DNA from: Haliotis rufescens
Taxonomy: Eukaryota
Reading direction: 5' to 3'
Assembly (NCBI RefSeq): GCF_023055435.1
Contig: NW_025964386.1
Coordinates: 372,001 to 436,000, forward strand
DNA length: 64,000 nt
A program made the position numbers and the translations under genes. The number at the start of each line of letters is the position of its first letter. Within the stretch, counting starts at the first letter, position 1. The notes under the pieces are model-generated. The model was not told the origin of the DNA and did no database searches. It was given only the letters and a program-made list of their open reading frames with translations. Below, piece after piece: positions 40,295 to 55,200 of this stretch.

Positions 40295-41011
40295 ATGGCC
40301 ATTCCGCCCGAGATCAACGAAAAACTGGATAGCATGTTATCACAGTAGGTATCCACAGCAGACATTGACAAAGCAGTGGATGCTAAACTTGCAGGTTTGC
40401 ATGCTAGTTTGAAGAGAACTTCTTTGGAATTGCAGAAAATTAAATCTGAGAAAGAATTCGCGTGGAAACGTGACGGCCATAAAATACAGTATAACTTTAA
40501 TGTGGACATTATAGACAATTTGAAGCAAATTAAGTTTGCTTTTGATTATGGAAAAGGGGAGCATCTTCACGAGCTGATCGCCACTGAGATTTCACGCATA
40601 GAACGAAGAAATAAGCATATCAAATTAGCAGATACATCAGAAGCTGGGTGGGAAACAGTGCGTCAGTATGAGAACAATGAGCTGGCTGATAATTCCGACG
40701 ATGAAAGAAGGATGTTCCGAGCTGAAGCCAGAGCTGTTAAAAAACTTGAGAAGAAGCGGTCCAAGTTTGAAAGGTTTTCTCCGTATAGGAAACCTACAGC
40801 GACTGTTACCCAGTCTACTTTTCCTGTGGCTAACCTTACAACTCAGCCCGCCATATCCCAGCGGCCCTTTCGTACAAACTACAGAACAGGCACGTGCTTC
40901 GCGTGCGGAGATCCGTCACACTGGAGGAGAGACTGCCCGCTCGTCACAGTCCCATCACAGCCACCCAGTCGTGCTGTCAACAAGACCAACAAAACAGAAT
41001 TAGCAAGGTAA
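40295..41011 (+). pseudogene. DIRS gag-like ORF with zinc knuckle
   Basis: CFACGDPSHWRRDC (C-X2-C-X4-H-X4-C). In-frame ATG at 40295 interrupted by TAG at 40346. Confidence 0.85.
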
Positions 41012-41069
41012 ATCAGATATTGAACTCATTGATGATTTCTATGAATACGAGCAGGGTGATGCTGAAATC

Positions 41070-42470
41070 AGAGTTGGAGGACGTTTGAGACTTTGTAGCA
41101 ACTTTTGGGAGGAAATAGAATGTACTGACTTTGTGCTAGATACTATTAAGCATGGTTATAAGATACCCTTTTATTTCACGCCTTTGTCAATGGAACTGAA
41201 AAATAACAAATCAGCGCTTAATCACCACGAATTTGTATGTGAAGCAATACGAGATTTGCCCAAAAAAGACCTTTTTGTTGAATGTACCGATAGACCACAT
41301 GTTGTGAATCCCCTTTCTGTCTCTCATCGGGAAAGAAAAGACTCATATTAGATCTCTCTCTTGTTAACACACTAGTTTACAAGCTTTCAGTCAAATATGA
41401 AGACTGGAGAACGGCTTTAATGTACATGTATATTAATGCCAATGACTGGCTTATTGAATTTGATATACATTCGGCTTACCATCACATCGAAATGTTTCCA
41501 CAGCATACGGCTCATCTTGGCTTTTCATGGACCTTACCACTGGGGAAGAAATACTATAAGTTTCTAGTATTGCCATTTGGTTGGACATCAGCTCCTTATA
41601 TCTTTACAAAAGTTACCAGACAGTTAGTAAAAAAGATGGCGCTATGATGGTCTTTGTATTGTTACATTTCTTGATGATGGAATTATGGTTGAATTTTCAG
41701 AAAATGGTTGCAGGGACTCGGCAGTGAAGGTCAAAGGTGATTTGGTTCAATCTGGTTTCGTTCCTAGAGTTGAGAAGTCGTTGTGGTCACCATCACAGTG
41801 CTTAGAATGGCTTGGCTTTTGCGTAGATACTTCACAGTTCACGCTAACCGTACCCGATAGGAAAATTAGTAAACTCAAGGGTTGTATTGATAACATTGTG
41901 GAAATGAAATGCAAGATACCGGTCCGGAGTATTTCGTCAGTTGTAGGTCAGGTAATAGCAATGAAGCCAGTAATTGGTTCTGTCAGTCAGCTCATGACGA
42001 GGGCATTATCTATTGATGTGTTACAGGCAAGGTCTTGGAATGACAGGATCTATTTATCTCCTTCTAGTTATGAACAACTTAGGTTTTGGTTGTCCAACAT
42101 TTCAGTGTATAACTCGAGGTCCTTGCGTGCTGAAAGTTCCCCTACTAGGATAGTTTATTTTTTCTCATGGACAATGGTCAGTTAGTGAAATATAGAGGAG
42201 CTCCACGTGGAGGGAACTCATAGCAGTTACCATGGTACTTAGTAGCTTTCTCAGTTTTTTAGGATTCCACACAGTGAAATGGTTCACAGACAACCAAAAC
42301 GTTGTTTCAGTTGTGCAGAAAGGAAGTATGAAAGTTCATCTTAAGTGAATAGCTCTGGAAAGTTTCCAGATGAGCTTACAGTATAGTATTCAGCTGGACA
42401 TTGAATGGATTCCTCGCTGCCTCAATGATAGGGCAGATTATCTGAGCAGATTATACGACACTGATTCCAA
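41070..42470 (+). pseudogene. DIRS reverse transcriptase/RNase H, frameshifted
   Basis: FDIHSAYHHI, LPFGWTSAPYIFTKV, FLDDG, EWLGF; SSTWREL, WFTDNQNV, EWIPR..NDRADYLSR. Confidence 0.88.
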
Positions 42471-42559
42471 GTTTCCAGATTTGAAGTTTCCGATGTTAGC
42501 ATTGAATATAGATTATTCTGGATGATGTGATTCATAGCATGTTGTTTTTGTTTCAGGTT

Positions 42560-43268
42560 CATGTATATAACAATGTGTGTATGGTGAGAAATGAGATAAA
42601 TCCACTGAATGAACTCTTGAATGAAGCGAGATCTGCTTCATCATATAAATCTTATGATTATGGTTTCAGGCGATTCAAGCTTTGGGCTGAATCTCACGGT
42701 TTATCAGGTTCTATTCCATTAATACCTTTGCATTGTGCTCTTTATCTATTATCATTGATACAAAGCTGTGATAGTATATCCCCAGTTATGAATGCATTTT
42801 ACAGCGTAAGATATGCCCATGTTATTGTTGGACTCACTAGCCCAACTGAGAATACTCTGGTACAAAATGTATTGGAAGCTGGCCAAAGGAGACTTGCTAA
42901 GTCTGTGTGCAAAAAAGAGCCAATCACTGTATCTCATATAAGGTATCTCATATATAGTTATCACTTCTAAGTGAAAATCAAATTTAAAAGACAGTAGATT
43001 GGTAACCATGATTCTTGTGGCTTATTCGGGATTTTTGCGTTCCTGCGAGTTGCCGCATTTCTCCAGATCTGATATATATTTGTATGACCAGTATATGTCT
43101 ATTTTTATTGATAAATCCCAAACCGATGTTTACCGAGATGGTGCATGGGTTGTCACAGCTGCTACATTGTCTGACATGTGTCCTGTTCAACACATGAAGT
43201 CGTATCTTGAATTAGCTGATATAACTGCAGATTCAAATGAGTATATATTCAGATCACTTTCAATGATT
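42560..43268 (+). pseudogene. DIRS tyrosine recombinase, N-terminal half
   Basis: YDYGFRRFKLWA..; AYSGFLRSCEL (catalytic R box); KSQTDVYRDG. The H-x-x-R and Tyr region is absent. Confidence 0.85.
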
Positions 43269-46200
43269 ACATGTGGAGACTTGTGGGCACACGTGGAGCC
43301 GTGTGGAGGACATGTAGAGACGTGTGAAGGACACGTTGAGACGTGTGGAGACGTGTGGAAGACATGTGGAGACATGTGGAGATGTGTGGAGGACATGTGG
43401 ATGCGAGTGGAGTCGTGTGGAGACGTGCGGGCACGTGTGGAGACGAATGGAAGTCATATGGGGACGTGTCGAGGACATGCGGAGACGTGGAGGATATGTG
43501 GAGACGTGTGGAGGCGTGTGGAAGTCATTCGGTGACATGTGGAGGACATGTGGAGACGTGTTGAGGACAGGTGGAGACGTGTGGAGGCGTGTGGAAGACA
43601 TTCGGTGACATGTGGAGGACACGTGGAGACGTGTGGAGGACTGGTGGAGACGTGTGGAAGACATGTGGTGACGTGAGGATGACATGCGGAGACTTGTGGA
43701 GGACCTTTTGAGACATGTGGAAGACACGTTGGGACGTGTGGAGATGTGTGGATGATCTGTGGAGGACATGTGGAGACTTGTGGGCACATGTGGATACGTG
43801 TGAAGGACATGTTGAGGCGAGTGGAGTCGTGTGGAGACGTGCAGGCACATGTGGAGACGAATAGAAGTCATGTGGGGACGTGGGGAGGACATACGGAGAC
43901 GTGGAGGATATGTGGAGACATGTGGAGGACACGTGGAGACTTGTGGAGGCGTGTGGAAGACATTCGGTGACATGTGGAGGACATGTGCAGACGCGTGGAG
44001 GACATGTGGAGACATGTGGATACGTGTGGATGATCTGTGGAGACGTGTGGAGTATATGTGCAGACGTGTGGAGGAAATGTGGAGATGCGTTCAGGACATG
44101 TGGAGACGTGTGGAGACGTGTGGAGACGTGTGGAGACGTGTGGGTGATATGTGGAGACGTGGTGAGGACATGTGGAGACCTGTGGAGGACATTTGGAGAC
44201 GTGTTGAGACGTGTGGAAGACACGTGGAGACATGTGGAGATGTGTGGAGGACATGTGGAGGACATGTTGAGGCGAATGGAGTCGTGTTGGGACGTGTGGG
44301 CACATGTGGAGACGGGGAGGATATGTGGAGACATGTGGAGGACATGTGGAGGACACGTGGAGACCTGTGAAGGACATGTGGAGACGTGTTGAGGACATTT
44401 GGTGAAGTGTGGAGGACATATGGAGACGTGAAGGACATGTGGAGACGTGTGGAGGCGTGTTGAAAACATGTGGTGACGTGAGGAGGACATGCGGAGACGC
44501 GTTCAGGACATGCGGAGACGTGTGGAGGAAATTTGGAGACGTGTGGAGACGTGTGGATGATATATTGAGACGTGGTGATGACATGTTGAGACCTGTGGAG
44601 GACATGTGGAGACGTGTTGATACTTGTGGAAGACACGTGGAGTCGTGTGGCGATGTTTGGAGGACATTCGGAGACGTGGAGGATATGTGAAGAAATGTGG
44701 AGGACATGTGGAGACGTGTGGAGGCGTGTGGAAGATATTCGGTGACATGTGGAGGACATGTGCAGACGTGTGAAAATGTGTGGATGATCTGTGGAGGACA
44801 TGTTGAGACGAATGAAAGTCATGTGGAGACGTGGGGAGGACATGTGAAGACGTGGAGGACATGTTGAGACATGTGGAGGACATGTGGAGGACACGTGGAG
44901 ACGTTTGGAGGACATGTGGTGACGTGAGGAGGCCATTTGGAGACACGTGGAGGACCTATTGGGACGCGTGGAGACGTGTGGAAGACACGTGGAGACGTGA
45001 GGATATGTGTGGATGATCTGTGGAGACGTGTGGAGTATATCAGGAAACGCGTGGAGGACATGCGGATGACATGTGGAGACGTGTGTAGTATATGAGGAAA
45101 CATGTGGAGGACACGCGGATGACATGTGGAGACGCGTGGAGGACACGTGGAGACGTGTGGATGACATGTGGTGACGTGAGGAGGACATGCGGAGACGTTC
45201 GGATGATCTGTGGAGACGTGGAGTATATGTGGAGACGTGTTGAGGACATGCGGAGACCTGTAGAGGACATTGGAGACGTGTGGAGACGTGTGGATGATAT
45301 GTGGAGACGCGTTGAGGACATGTGGAGACATGTGAAGGACATGTGGACACGTGTGGAGGACATGTGGTGAAGTGTGGAGGACATATGGTGACGTGACGAG
45401 GACATATGGAGCCGTGTGGAGACTTGTAGAGGACATCTTGAGGTCATGTGGAGACGTGTGGACGATATGTGGTGACGTGAGGATGTCATGCGGAGACACG
45501 TGGAGGACCTGTTGGGACGCGTGGAGACGTGTGGGAGACACGTGGAGACGTGAGGATATATGTGGATGATCTGTGGAGACGTGTGGAGTATATGAGGAAA
45601 CGTGTGGAGGACATGCGGATGACATGTGGAGACGTGTAGAGTATATAAGGAAACGTGTGGAGGACATCCGGATGACATGTGGAGACGTGTGGAGGACACG
45701 TGGAGACGTGTGGATGACATGTGGTGACGTGAGGAGGATATGTGGAGACGTGTGGAGTATATGTGGAGACGTGTTGAGGACATGCGGAGACCTGTGGAGG
45801 ACATTGGAGACGTGTGGAGATGTGGAGGACATGTTAAGAAATGTAGAGGACATCTTGAGGTCATGTGGAGCCGTGTGGAGAATATGTGGTGACGTGAGGA
45901 GGACATGTGGAAATGTGTTGAAGACATGTGGACGACATGTGGAGACGTGTAAAGACGCGTGGAGACGTTTGGAGGACATATTGAGACATGTGGAGACGCG
46001 TGGAGACATGTGGAGGACACGTGGAGACGTGTGGAGACGTGTGGTGACTTGTGGAGGACATATGGAGACGCGTGGAGACATGTGGAGGACACGTGGAGAC
46101 GTGAGGATATGTGTGGATGATCTGTGGAGACGTGTGGAGTATATGAGGAAACGTGTGGAGGACATGCGGATGACATGTGGAGACGTGTGGAGGATACGTG

Positions 46201-49200
46201 GAGACGTGTGGATGATCTGTGGAGACGTGTGGAGTATATGTGGAGACGTGTTGAGGACATGCGGAGACCTGTGGAGGACATTGGAGACGTGTGGAGACGT
46301 ATGGATGATATGTGGAGACGTGTTGAGGACATGTGGACACGTGTGGAGGATATGTGGTGAAGTTTGGAGGACATATGGTGACGTTTGGAGGACATATGGA
46401 GACGTATGGAGACTTGTACAGGACATCTTCAGGTCATGTGGAGACGTGTGGAGGATATGTGGAGACGTGTTGAGGACATGTGGAGACCTGTGAAGGACAT
46501 GTGGACACGTGTGGAGGACATGTGGTGAAGTGTGGAGGACATATGGTGACGTGACGAGGACATATGGAGACATGTGGAGACTTGTAGATAACATCTTGAG
46601 GTCATGTGGAGACGTGTGGAGGATATGTGGTGACGTGAGGAGGACATGTGGAAATGTGTGGAAGACATGTGGAGACGCGTGGACACATGTTGAGATATGT
46701 GAAAACATATGGAGACGGGTGGATGACATATGGAGACGTGTGGAGACGTGTGGAAGACATTCGGTGACATGTGGAGACGTGTGGAGACGTGTGGAAGACA
46801 TGTGGTGACGTGAGGATGACATGCGGAGACATGTGGAGGACATGTTGAGACATGTGGAAGACACGTTGAGACGTGTGGAGATGTGTGGATGATCTGTGGA
46901 GGACATGTGGAGACTTGTAGGCACATGTGGATACGTGTGAAGGACATGTTGAGGCGTGTGGAGACATGTGGAGGACATGTGGAGACGTGTGGAGGACAGG
47001 TGGAGACGTGTGGAAGACATGTGGTGACGTGGGGAAGACACGTGGAGACATGTGGAGGACCTGTTGAGACATGTGGAGGAGATGTGGAGGACACGTGGAG
47101 ACGTTTGGAGGACATGTAGTGACGTGAGGAGGTCATGCGGAGACACGTGGAGGACCTGTTGGGACACGTGGAGACGTGTGGAAGATATGTGGAGACGTGA
47201 GGATATGTGTGGATGATCTGTGGAGACGTGTGGAGTATATGAGGAAAAGTGTGGAGGACATGCGGATGACATGTGGAGACGTGTGGAGGACACGTGGAGA
47301 CGTGTGGATGATCTGTGGAGACGTGTGGAGTATATGTGGAGACGTGTTGAGGACATGCGGAGACTTGTGGAGGACATTGGAGACGTGTGGAGACGTGTGG
47401 ATGATATGTGGAGACGTGTTGAGGACATGTGGAGACCTGTGAAGGACATGTGGACACGTGTGGAGGACATGTGGTGAAGTGTGGAGGACAAATGGTGACG
47501 TGACGAGGACATATGGAGACGTGTGGAGACTTGTAGAGGACATCTTGAGGTCATGTGGAGACGTGTGGAGGATATGTGGAGACGTGTTGAGGACATGTGA
47601 AGACCTGTGAAGGACATGTGGACACGTGTGGAGGACATGTGGTGAAGTGTGGAGGACATATGGTGACGTGACGAGGACATATGGAGACGTGTGGAGACTT
47701 GTAGATGACATCTTGAGGTCATGTGGAGACGTGTGGAGGATATGTGGTGACGTGAGGGAACTTGTGGATATGTGTGGAAGACATGTGGACGACATGTGAA
47801 GACGTGTAAAGACGCGTGGAGACGTTTGGAGGACATATTCAGACATGTGGAGACGCGTGGAGACATCTGGAGGACATGTGGAGACGTGTGGAGACGTGTG
47901 GTGACTTGTGGAGGACATATGGAGACGCGTGGACACATGTGGAGGACATGTGGAGACATGTGGAGACGTGTGGAGACGTGTGGAGGACATATGGAGTCGT
48001 GTGGAGACATATGGAGTCGTGTGGAGACATATGGAGACGCGTGGAGACATATGGAGACGTGTGGACACATGTTGAGATATGTGAAAACATATGGAGACGT
48101 GTGGAAACATATGGAGACTTGGAGGACATGTGGAGACGTGTTGAGACGTGTGGAAGACACGTGGAGACATGTGGGCACATGGGACGAATGGAAGTCATGT
48201 GGGGACGTTCGGAGGATATGCGGAGACGAGGAGGATATGTGAAGACATGTGGACGACATGTGGAGACTAGTGGGGGACAGGTGGAGACGTGTGGAGGACC
48301 TGTTGAGACGTGTGAAGAGACGTGTGGAGACGTGTGGAAGACATGTTGAGACATGTGAAGATGTGTGGAGGACATGTAGAGACGTGGAGGACATGTGGAG
48401 ACTTGTGGGCACACGTGGAGCCGTGTGGAGGACATGTAGAGACGTGTGAAGGACACGTTGAGACGTGTGGAGACGTGTGGAGACGTTAGGAGACGTATTG
48501 AGGACATGTGGAGACCTGTGAAGGACATGTGGACACGTGTGGAGGACATGTGGTGAAGTGTGGAGGACATATGGTGACGTGACGAGGACATATGGAGACG
48601 TGTGGAGACTTGTAGAGGACATCTTGAGGTCATGTGGAGACGTGTGGAGGATATGTGGAGACGGGTTGAGGACATGTGGAGACCTGTGGAGGACATGTGG
48701 ACACGTGTGGAGGACATCTGATGAAGTGTGGAGGACATATGGTGACGTGACGAGGACATATGGAGACGTGTGGAGACTTGTAGAGGACATCTTGAGGTCA
48801 TGTGGAGACGTGTGGAGGATATGTGGTGACGTGAGGAGGACATGTGGAAATGTGTGGAAGACATGTGGACGACATGTGGAGACGTGTAAAGACGGGTGGA
48901 GACGTTTGGAGGACATATTGAGACATGTGGAGGACATGTGGAGACGTGTGGAGACATGTGGTGACTTGTGGAGGACATATGGAGACGCGTGGACACATGT
49001 AGAGACATGTGAAAACATATGTAGACGCGTGGAGACATGTGGAGGACATGTGGAGACATGTCGAGACGTGTGGAGACGTGTAGAGGACATATGGAGTCGC
49101 GTGGAGACATATGGAGTCGTGTGGAGAAATATGGAGACACGTGGACACATGTTGAGATATGTGAAAACATATGGAGACGTGTGGAAACATAAGGAGACTT

Positions 49201-52200
49201 GGAGGACATGTGGAGACGTGTTGAGACGTGTGGAAGACACGTGGAGACATGTGGGCACATGGGACGAATGGAAGTCATGTGGGGACGTTCGGAGGATATG
49301 CGGAGACGAGGAGGATATGTGGCGACATGTGGAGGACATGTGGAGACTAGTGGGGGACAGGTGGAGACGTGTGGAGGACCTGTTGAGACGTGTGGAAGAC
49401 ATGTTGAGACATGTGGAGATGTGTGGAGGACATGTGGAGACGTGGAGGACATGTGGAGACTTGTGGGCACACGTGGAGCCGTGTGGAGGACATGTAGAGA
49501 CGTGTGAAGGACACGTTGAGACGTGTGGAGACGTGTGGAAGACATGTTGAGACATGTGGAGATGTGTGGAGGACATGTGGATGCGAGTGGAGTCGTGTGG
49601 AGACGTGCGGGCACGTGTGGAGACGAATGGAAGTCATATGGGGACGTGTCCAGGACATGCGGAGACGTGGAGGATATGTGGAGACGTGTGGAGGCGTGTG
49701 GAAGACATTCGGTGACATGTGGAGGACACGTGGAGACGTGTGGAAGACATGTGGTGACGTGAGGATGACATGCGGAGACTTGTGGAGGACCTTTTGAGAC
49801 ATGTGGAAGACACGTTGAGACGTGTGGAGATGTGTGGATGATCTGTGGAGGACATGTGGAGACTTGTGGACACATGTGGATACGTGTGAAGGACATGTTG
49901 AGGCGAGTGGAGACATGTGGAGGACACGTGGAGACGTGTGGAGGACAGGTGGAGACGTGTGGAGGACACGATGAGACGAGTGGATGACATGCGGAGACTT
50001 GTGGAGGACCTGTTGAGACATGTGGAAGACACGTTGGGACGTGTGGAGATGTGTGGCTGATCTGTGGAGGACATGTGGAGACTTGTGGGCACATGTGGAT
50101 ACGTGTGAAGGACATGTTGAGTCGAGTGGAGTTGTGTGGAGACGTGCAGGCACATGTTGAGACGAATAGAAGTCATGTGGGGACGTGGGGAGGACATACG
50201 GAGACGTGGAGGATATGTGGAGACATGTGGAGGACACGTGGAGACGTTTGGAGGCGTGTGGAAGACATTCGGTGACATGTGGAGGACATGTGGAGACATG
50301 TGGATACGTGTGGATGATCTGTGGAGACATGTGGAGTATATGTGCAGACGTGTGGAGGAAATGTGGAGATGCGTTCAGGACATGTGGAGAAGACTGGAGG
50401 AAATTTTGAGATGTGTGGATGATATGTGGAGACGTGGTGAGGATATGTTGAGACCTGTGGAGGACATGTGGAGACGTGTTGAGACGTGTGGAAGACACGT
50501 GGAGACATGTGGAGATGTGTGGAGGACATGTGGAGGACATGTTGAGGCGAATGGAGTCGTGTGGAGACGTGTGGGCACATTTGGAGACGGGGAGGATATG
50601 TGGAGACATGTGGAGGACACGTGAAGACGTGTGGAGGACACATGGAGACGTGTGAAAGACATGTGATGACGTGAGGATGACATACGGAACATGTGGAGGA
50701 CCTGTTGAGATGTGTGGAAACGGGTGGAAGACACGTGGAGACGTGTGGAAATGTGTGGGTGATCTGTGGAGGACATGTGGAGACTTGTGGGCACATGTTG
50801 AGACGAATGAAAGTCATGTGGAGACGTGTGGAGAACATGTGGAGGACACGTGGAGACGTTTGGAGGACATGTGGTGACGTGAGGTTGACATGCGGAGACG
50901 CGTTCAGGACATGTGGAGAAGTGTGGAGGAAATTTGGAGACGTGTGGAGACGTGTGGAAGACACGTGGAGACATGTGGGCACATGGGGCGAATGGAAGTC
51001 ATGTGGGGACTTTCGGAGGATATGCGGAGACGAGGGGGATATGTGGAGACATGTGGAGGACAAGTGGAGACTAGTGGGGGACAGGTGGAGACGTGTGGAG
51101 GACCTGTTGAGACGTGTGGAAACGTGTGGAAGTCACGTGGAGTCGTATGGAAATGTGTGGATGATCTGTGGAGGACATGTGGAGACGTGTGGGCACATGT
51201 TGAGACGAATGAAAGTCATTTGGAGACGTGTGGAGGACATGTGGAGACACGTGGAGGACTTGTTGAGACGCGTGGAGACGTGTGGAAGACACGTGGATAC
51301 GTGAGGATATGTGTGGATGATCTGTGGAGACGTCTGGAGTATATGAGGAAACGTGTGGAGGACATGCGGATGACATGTGGAGACGTGTGGAGGACACGTG
51401 GAGACGTGAGGAGGACATGCGGAGACGTGTGGATGATATGTGGAGTCGTGTGGAGTATATATGGAGACGTGTGGAGACACGTGGAAGACATATGGAGACG
51501 TGTTGAGGACATGTGGAGACCTGTGAAGGACATGTGGAGACGTGTTAAGGGGATGTGGTGAAGTGTGGAGGACATATTGAGACGTGGAGGACATGTGGAG
51601 ACGTGTGGAGGCGTGTTGAAAACATATAGGGACGTGACGAGGACATGTTGAGACGTGTTGAGACGTGTGGAAGCTATATGGAGATGGGTGGATGACATAT
51701 GGAGACGCGTGGAGACGTGTAGAGGACATGTTTAGACATGTGGTGTCATATGGAGACGTGAGGAGGACATGTGGAGACGTGTCGAGGACATGTGGAAGAC
51801 ATGTGAAGACGTGCGGAGGACATGTGGAGACATGTGGAGACATGTAAAGACGTGTGGAGACGTGTGGAGGCGTGTTGAAGAGATGTGGTGACGTGACGAT
51901 GACATGTGAAGGCGTGTGGAGGAGACTTGGCGACGTTTGGAGGACATGTGGTGACGTTAGGAGGACATGCGGATACGTGTTCTGGACGTGTGGAGTCGTG
52001 TGGATGACACGTGGAGACGTGGAGAGATGTGTGGATGATCTGTGGATACGTGTGGAGTAGATGAGGAAACGTGTGGAGGACATGCGGATGACATGTGGAG
52101 ACGTGTGGAGGACACGTGGAGACGTGTGGATGACATGTGGTGACGTAAGGAGGATATGCGGAGACGTGTGGATGATCTGTTGAGACGTGTGGAGTATATA

Positions 52201-55200
52201 TGAAGACGTGTTGAGGACATGCCGAGACGTGTAGAGGACATTGGAGACGTCTGGAGACGTGTGGAAGACATGTGGAGACGTGTTGAAGACATGTGGAGAC
52301 CTGTGAAGGACATGTGGAGACGTGTTGAGGACATGTGGTGAAGTGTGGAGGACATGTGGAGACGTGGAGGACATGTGGAGACGTGTGGAGGCGTGTTGAA
52401 AACATGTGGTGACGTGAGGAGGACATGCGGAGACGCGTTCAGGACATGTGGAGACGTGTGAAGGAAATTTAGAGACGTGTGGAGACGTGTGGATGATATG
52501 TGGAGACGTGAGGATATGTGTGGATGATCTGTGGAGACGTGTGGATTTAATGAGGAAACGTGTGGAGGACATGCGGATGACATGTGGAAACGTGTGGAGG
52601 ATACGTGGAGACGTGTGGATGACATGTGGTAACGTGAGGAGGACATGCGGAGACGTGTGGATGATCTGTGGAGACGTGTGGAGTATATGTGGAGACGTGT
52701 TGAGAACATGTGGAGACGTGTGGATGATATGTGGAGTCGTGTGGAGTATATATGGAGACGTGTGGAGACGTGTGGAAGACATATGGAGACGTGTTGAGGA
52801 CATGCGGAGACCTGTGAAGGACATGTGGAGACGTGTTAAGGAGATGTGGTGAAGTGTGGAGGACATATTGAGACGTGGAGGACATGTGGAGACGTGTGGA
52901 GGCGTGTTGAAAACATATAGGGACGTGACGAGGACATGTGGAGACGTGTTGAGACGTGTGGAAGCTATATGGAGATGGGTGGATGACATATGGAGACGTG
53001 TGGAGACGTGTGGAGGACATGTTTAGACATGTGGTGTCATATGGAGACGTGAGGAGGACATGTGGAGACGTGTCGAGGACATGTGGAAGACATGTGAAGA
53101 CGTGCGGAGGACATGTGGAGACATGTGGAGACATGTAAAGACGTGTGGAGACGTGTGGAGGCGTGTTGAAGAGATGTGGTGACGTGACGATGACATGTGA
53201 AGGCGTGTGGAGGAGACTTGGCGACGTTTGGAGGACATGTGGTGACGTTAGGAGGACATGCGGATACGTGTTCCGGACGTGTGGAGTCGTGTGGATGACA
53301 CGTGGAGACGTGGAGAGATGTGTGGATGATCTGTGGATACGTGTGGAGTAGATGAGGAAACGTGTGGAGGACATGCGGATGACATGTGGAGACGTGTGGA
53401 GGACACGTGGAGACGTGTGGATGACATGTGGTGACGTGAGGAGGATATGCGGAGACGTGTGGATGATCTGTTGAGACGTGTGAAGTATATATGAAGACGT
53501 GTTGAGGACATGCGGAGACGTGTAGAGGACATTGGAGACGTCTGGAAACGTGTGGAAGACATGTGGAGACGTGTTGAAGACATGTGGAGACCTGTGAAGG
53601 ACATGTGGAGACGTGTTGAGGACATGTGGTGAAGTGTGGAGGACATGTGGAGACGTGGAGGACATGTGGAGACGTGTGGAGGCGTGTTGAAAACATGTGG
53701 TGACGTGAGGAGGACATGCGGAGACGCGTTCAGGAGATGTGGAGACGTGTGGAGGAAATTTGGAGACGTGTGGAGACGTGTGGATGATATGTGGAGACGT
53801 GAGGATATGTGTGGATGATCTGTGGAGACGTGTGGATTTAATGAGGAAACGTGTGGAGGACATGCGGATGACATGTGGAAACGTGTGGAGGATACGTGGA
53901 GACGTATGGATGACATGTGGTAACGTGAGGAGGACATGCGGAGACGTGTGGATGATCTGTGGAGACGTGTGGAGTATATGTGGAGACGTGTTGAGAACAT
54001 GTGGAGACCTGTGAAGGACATGTGGACACGTGTGGAGGACATGTGGTGAAGTGTGGAGGACAAATGGTGACGTGCCGAGGACATATGGAGACATGTGGAG
54101 ACTTGTAGAGGACATATTGAGGTCATGTGGAGACGTGTGGAGGATATGTGGTGACGTGAGGAGGACATGTGGAGGTGTGTGGAAGACATGTGGACGACAT
54201 GTTGAGACGTGTAAAGACGCGTGGAGACGTGTGGAGGACATATTGAGACATGTGGAGACGCGTGGAGACATGTGGAGGACATGTGGTGACATGTCGAGAC
54301 GTGTGGAGACGTGTGGAGGACATATGGAGTCGCGTGGATCATATGGAGTCGTGTGGAGACATATGGAGACGCGTGGACACATGTTGAGATATGTAAAAAA
54401 CATATGGAGACGTGGAGGACATGTGGAGACGTGTGGAGGCGTGTTGAAAACATGTGGTGACGTGAGGAGGACATGCGGAGACGCGTTCAGGACATGTGGA
54501 GACGTGTGGAGGACATTTGGAGACGTGTGGAGGACATTTGGAGACGAATGGAGGACATGTGGTGACGTGAGGAGAACCTGCGGATACGTGTAGAGACGTG
54601 TGGATGATATTCGGAGACGTGTTGGGGACATGTTGAGACCTGTGGAAGCTATGTGGAGACGAGTGGATGACATGTGGAGACGTGTGGAGACGTGTGGAGG
54701 ACATGTGGTGACGCAAGGAGTAGATGTGAAGACGTGTCGAGGACATGTGGAAGACATGTGAAGACGTGTGGAGGACATTTGGAGACATATAAAGACGTGT
54801 GGAGACGTGTGAAGGACATGTTGAGACGTGTGGAAGCTATGTGGAGACGAGTGGATGACACGTGGAGACGTGTGGAGACGTGTGGAGGACATGTTTAGAC
54901 ATGTGGTGACATATCATATGGAGACGTGTGGAGGACATGTGGTGACGTGAGGAGGACATGTGGAATCGTGTCGAGGACATGTGGAAGACAGGTTAAGACG
55001 TGCGGAGGACATGTTGAGACACGTGAAGACGTGTGGAGACGTATGGAGGCGTGTAAGAGATGTGGTGACGTGACGATGACATGTGAGGACGTGTGGAGGA
55101 CTCATGGCGACGTTTGGAGGACATGCGGTGACGTGAGGAGGACATGCGGATACGTTTGGTGGACCTGTTGAGACGTGTGGAGACATGTGGAGTTGTGTAG

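Larger units (their letters stand above)
40170..43268 (+). mobile_element. Decayed DIRS-type (tyrosine-recombinase) retrotransposon, 3'-truncated
   Basis: Order gag(CCHC)-RT-RNaseH-YR; stops and frameshifts; left boundary approximate. Confidence 0.9.
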
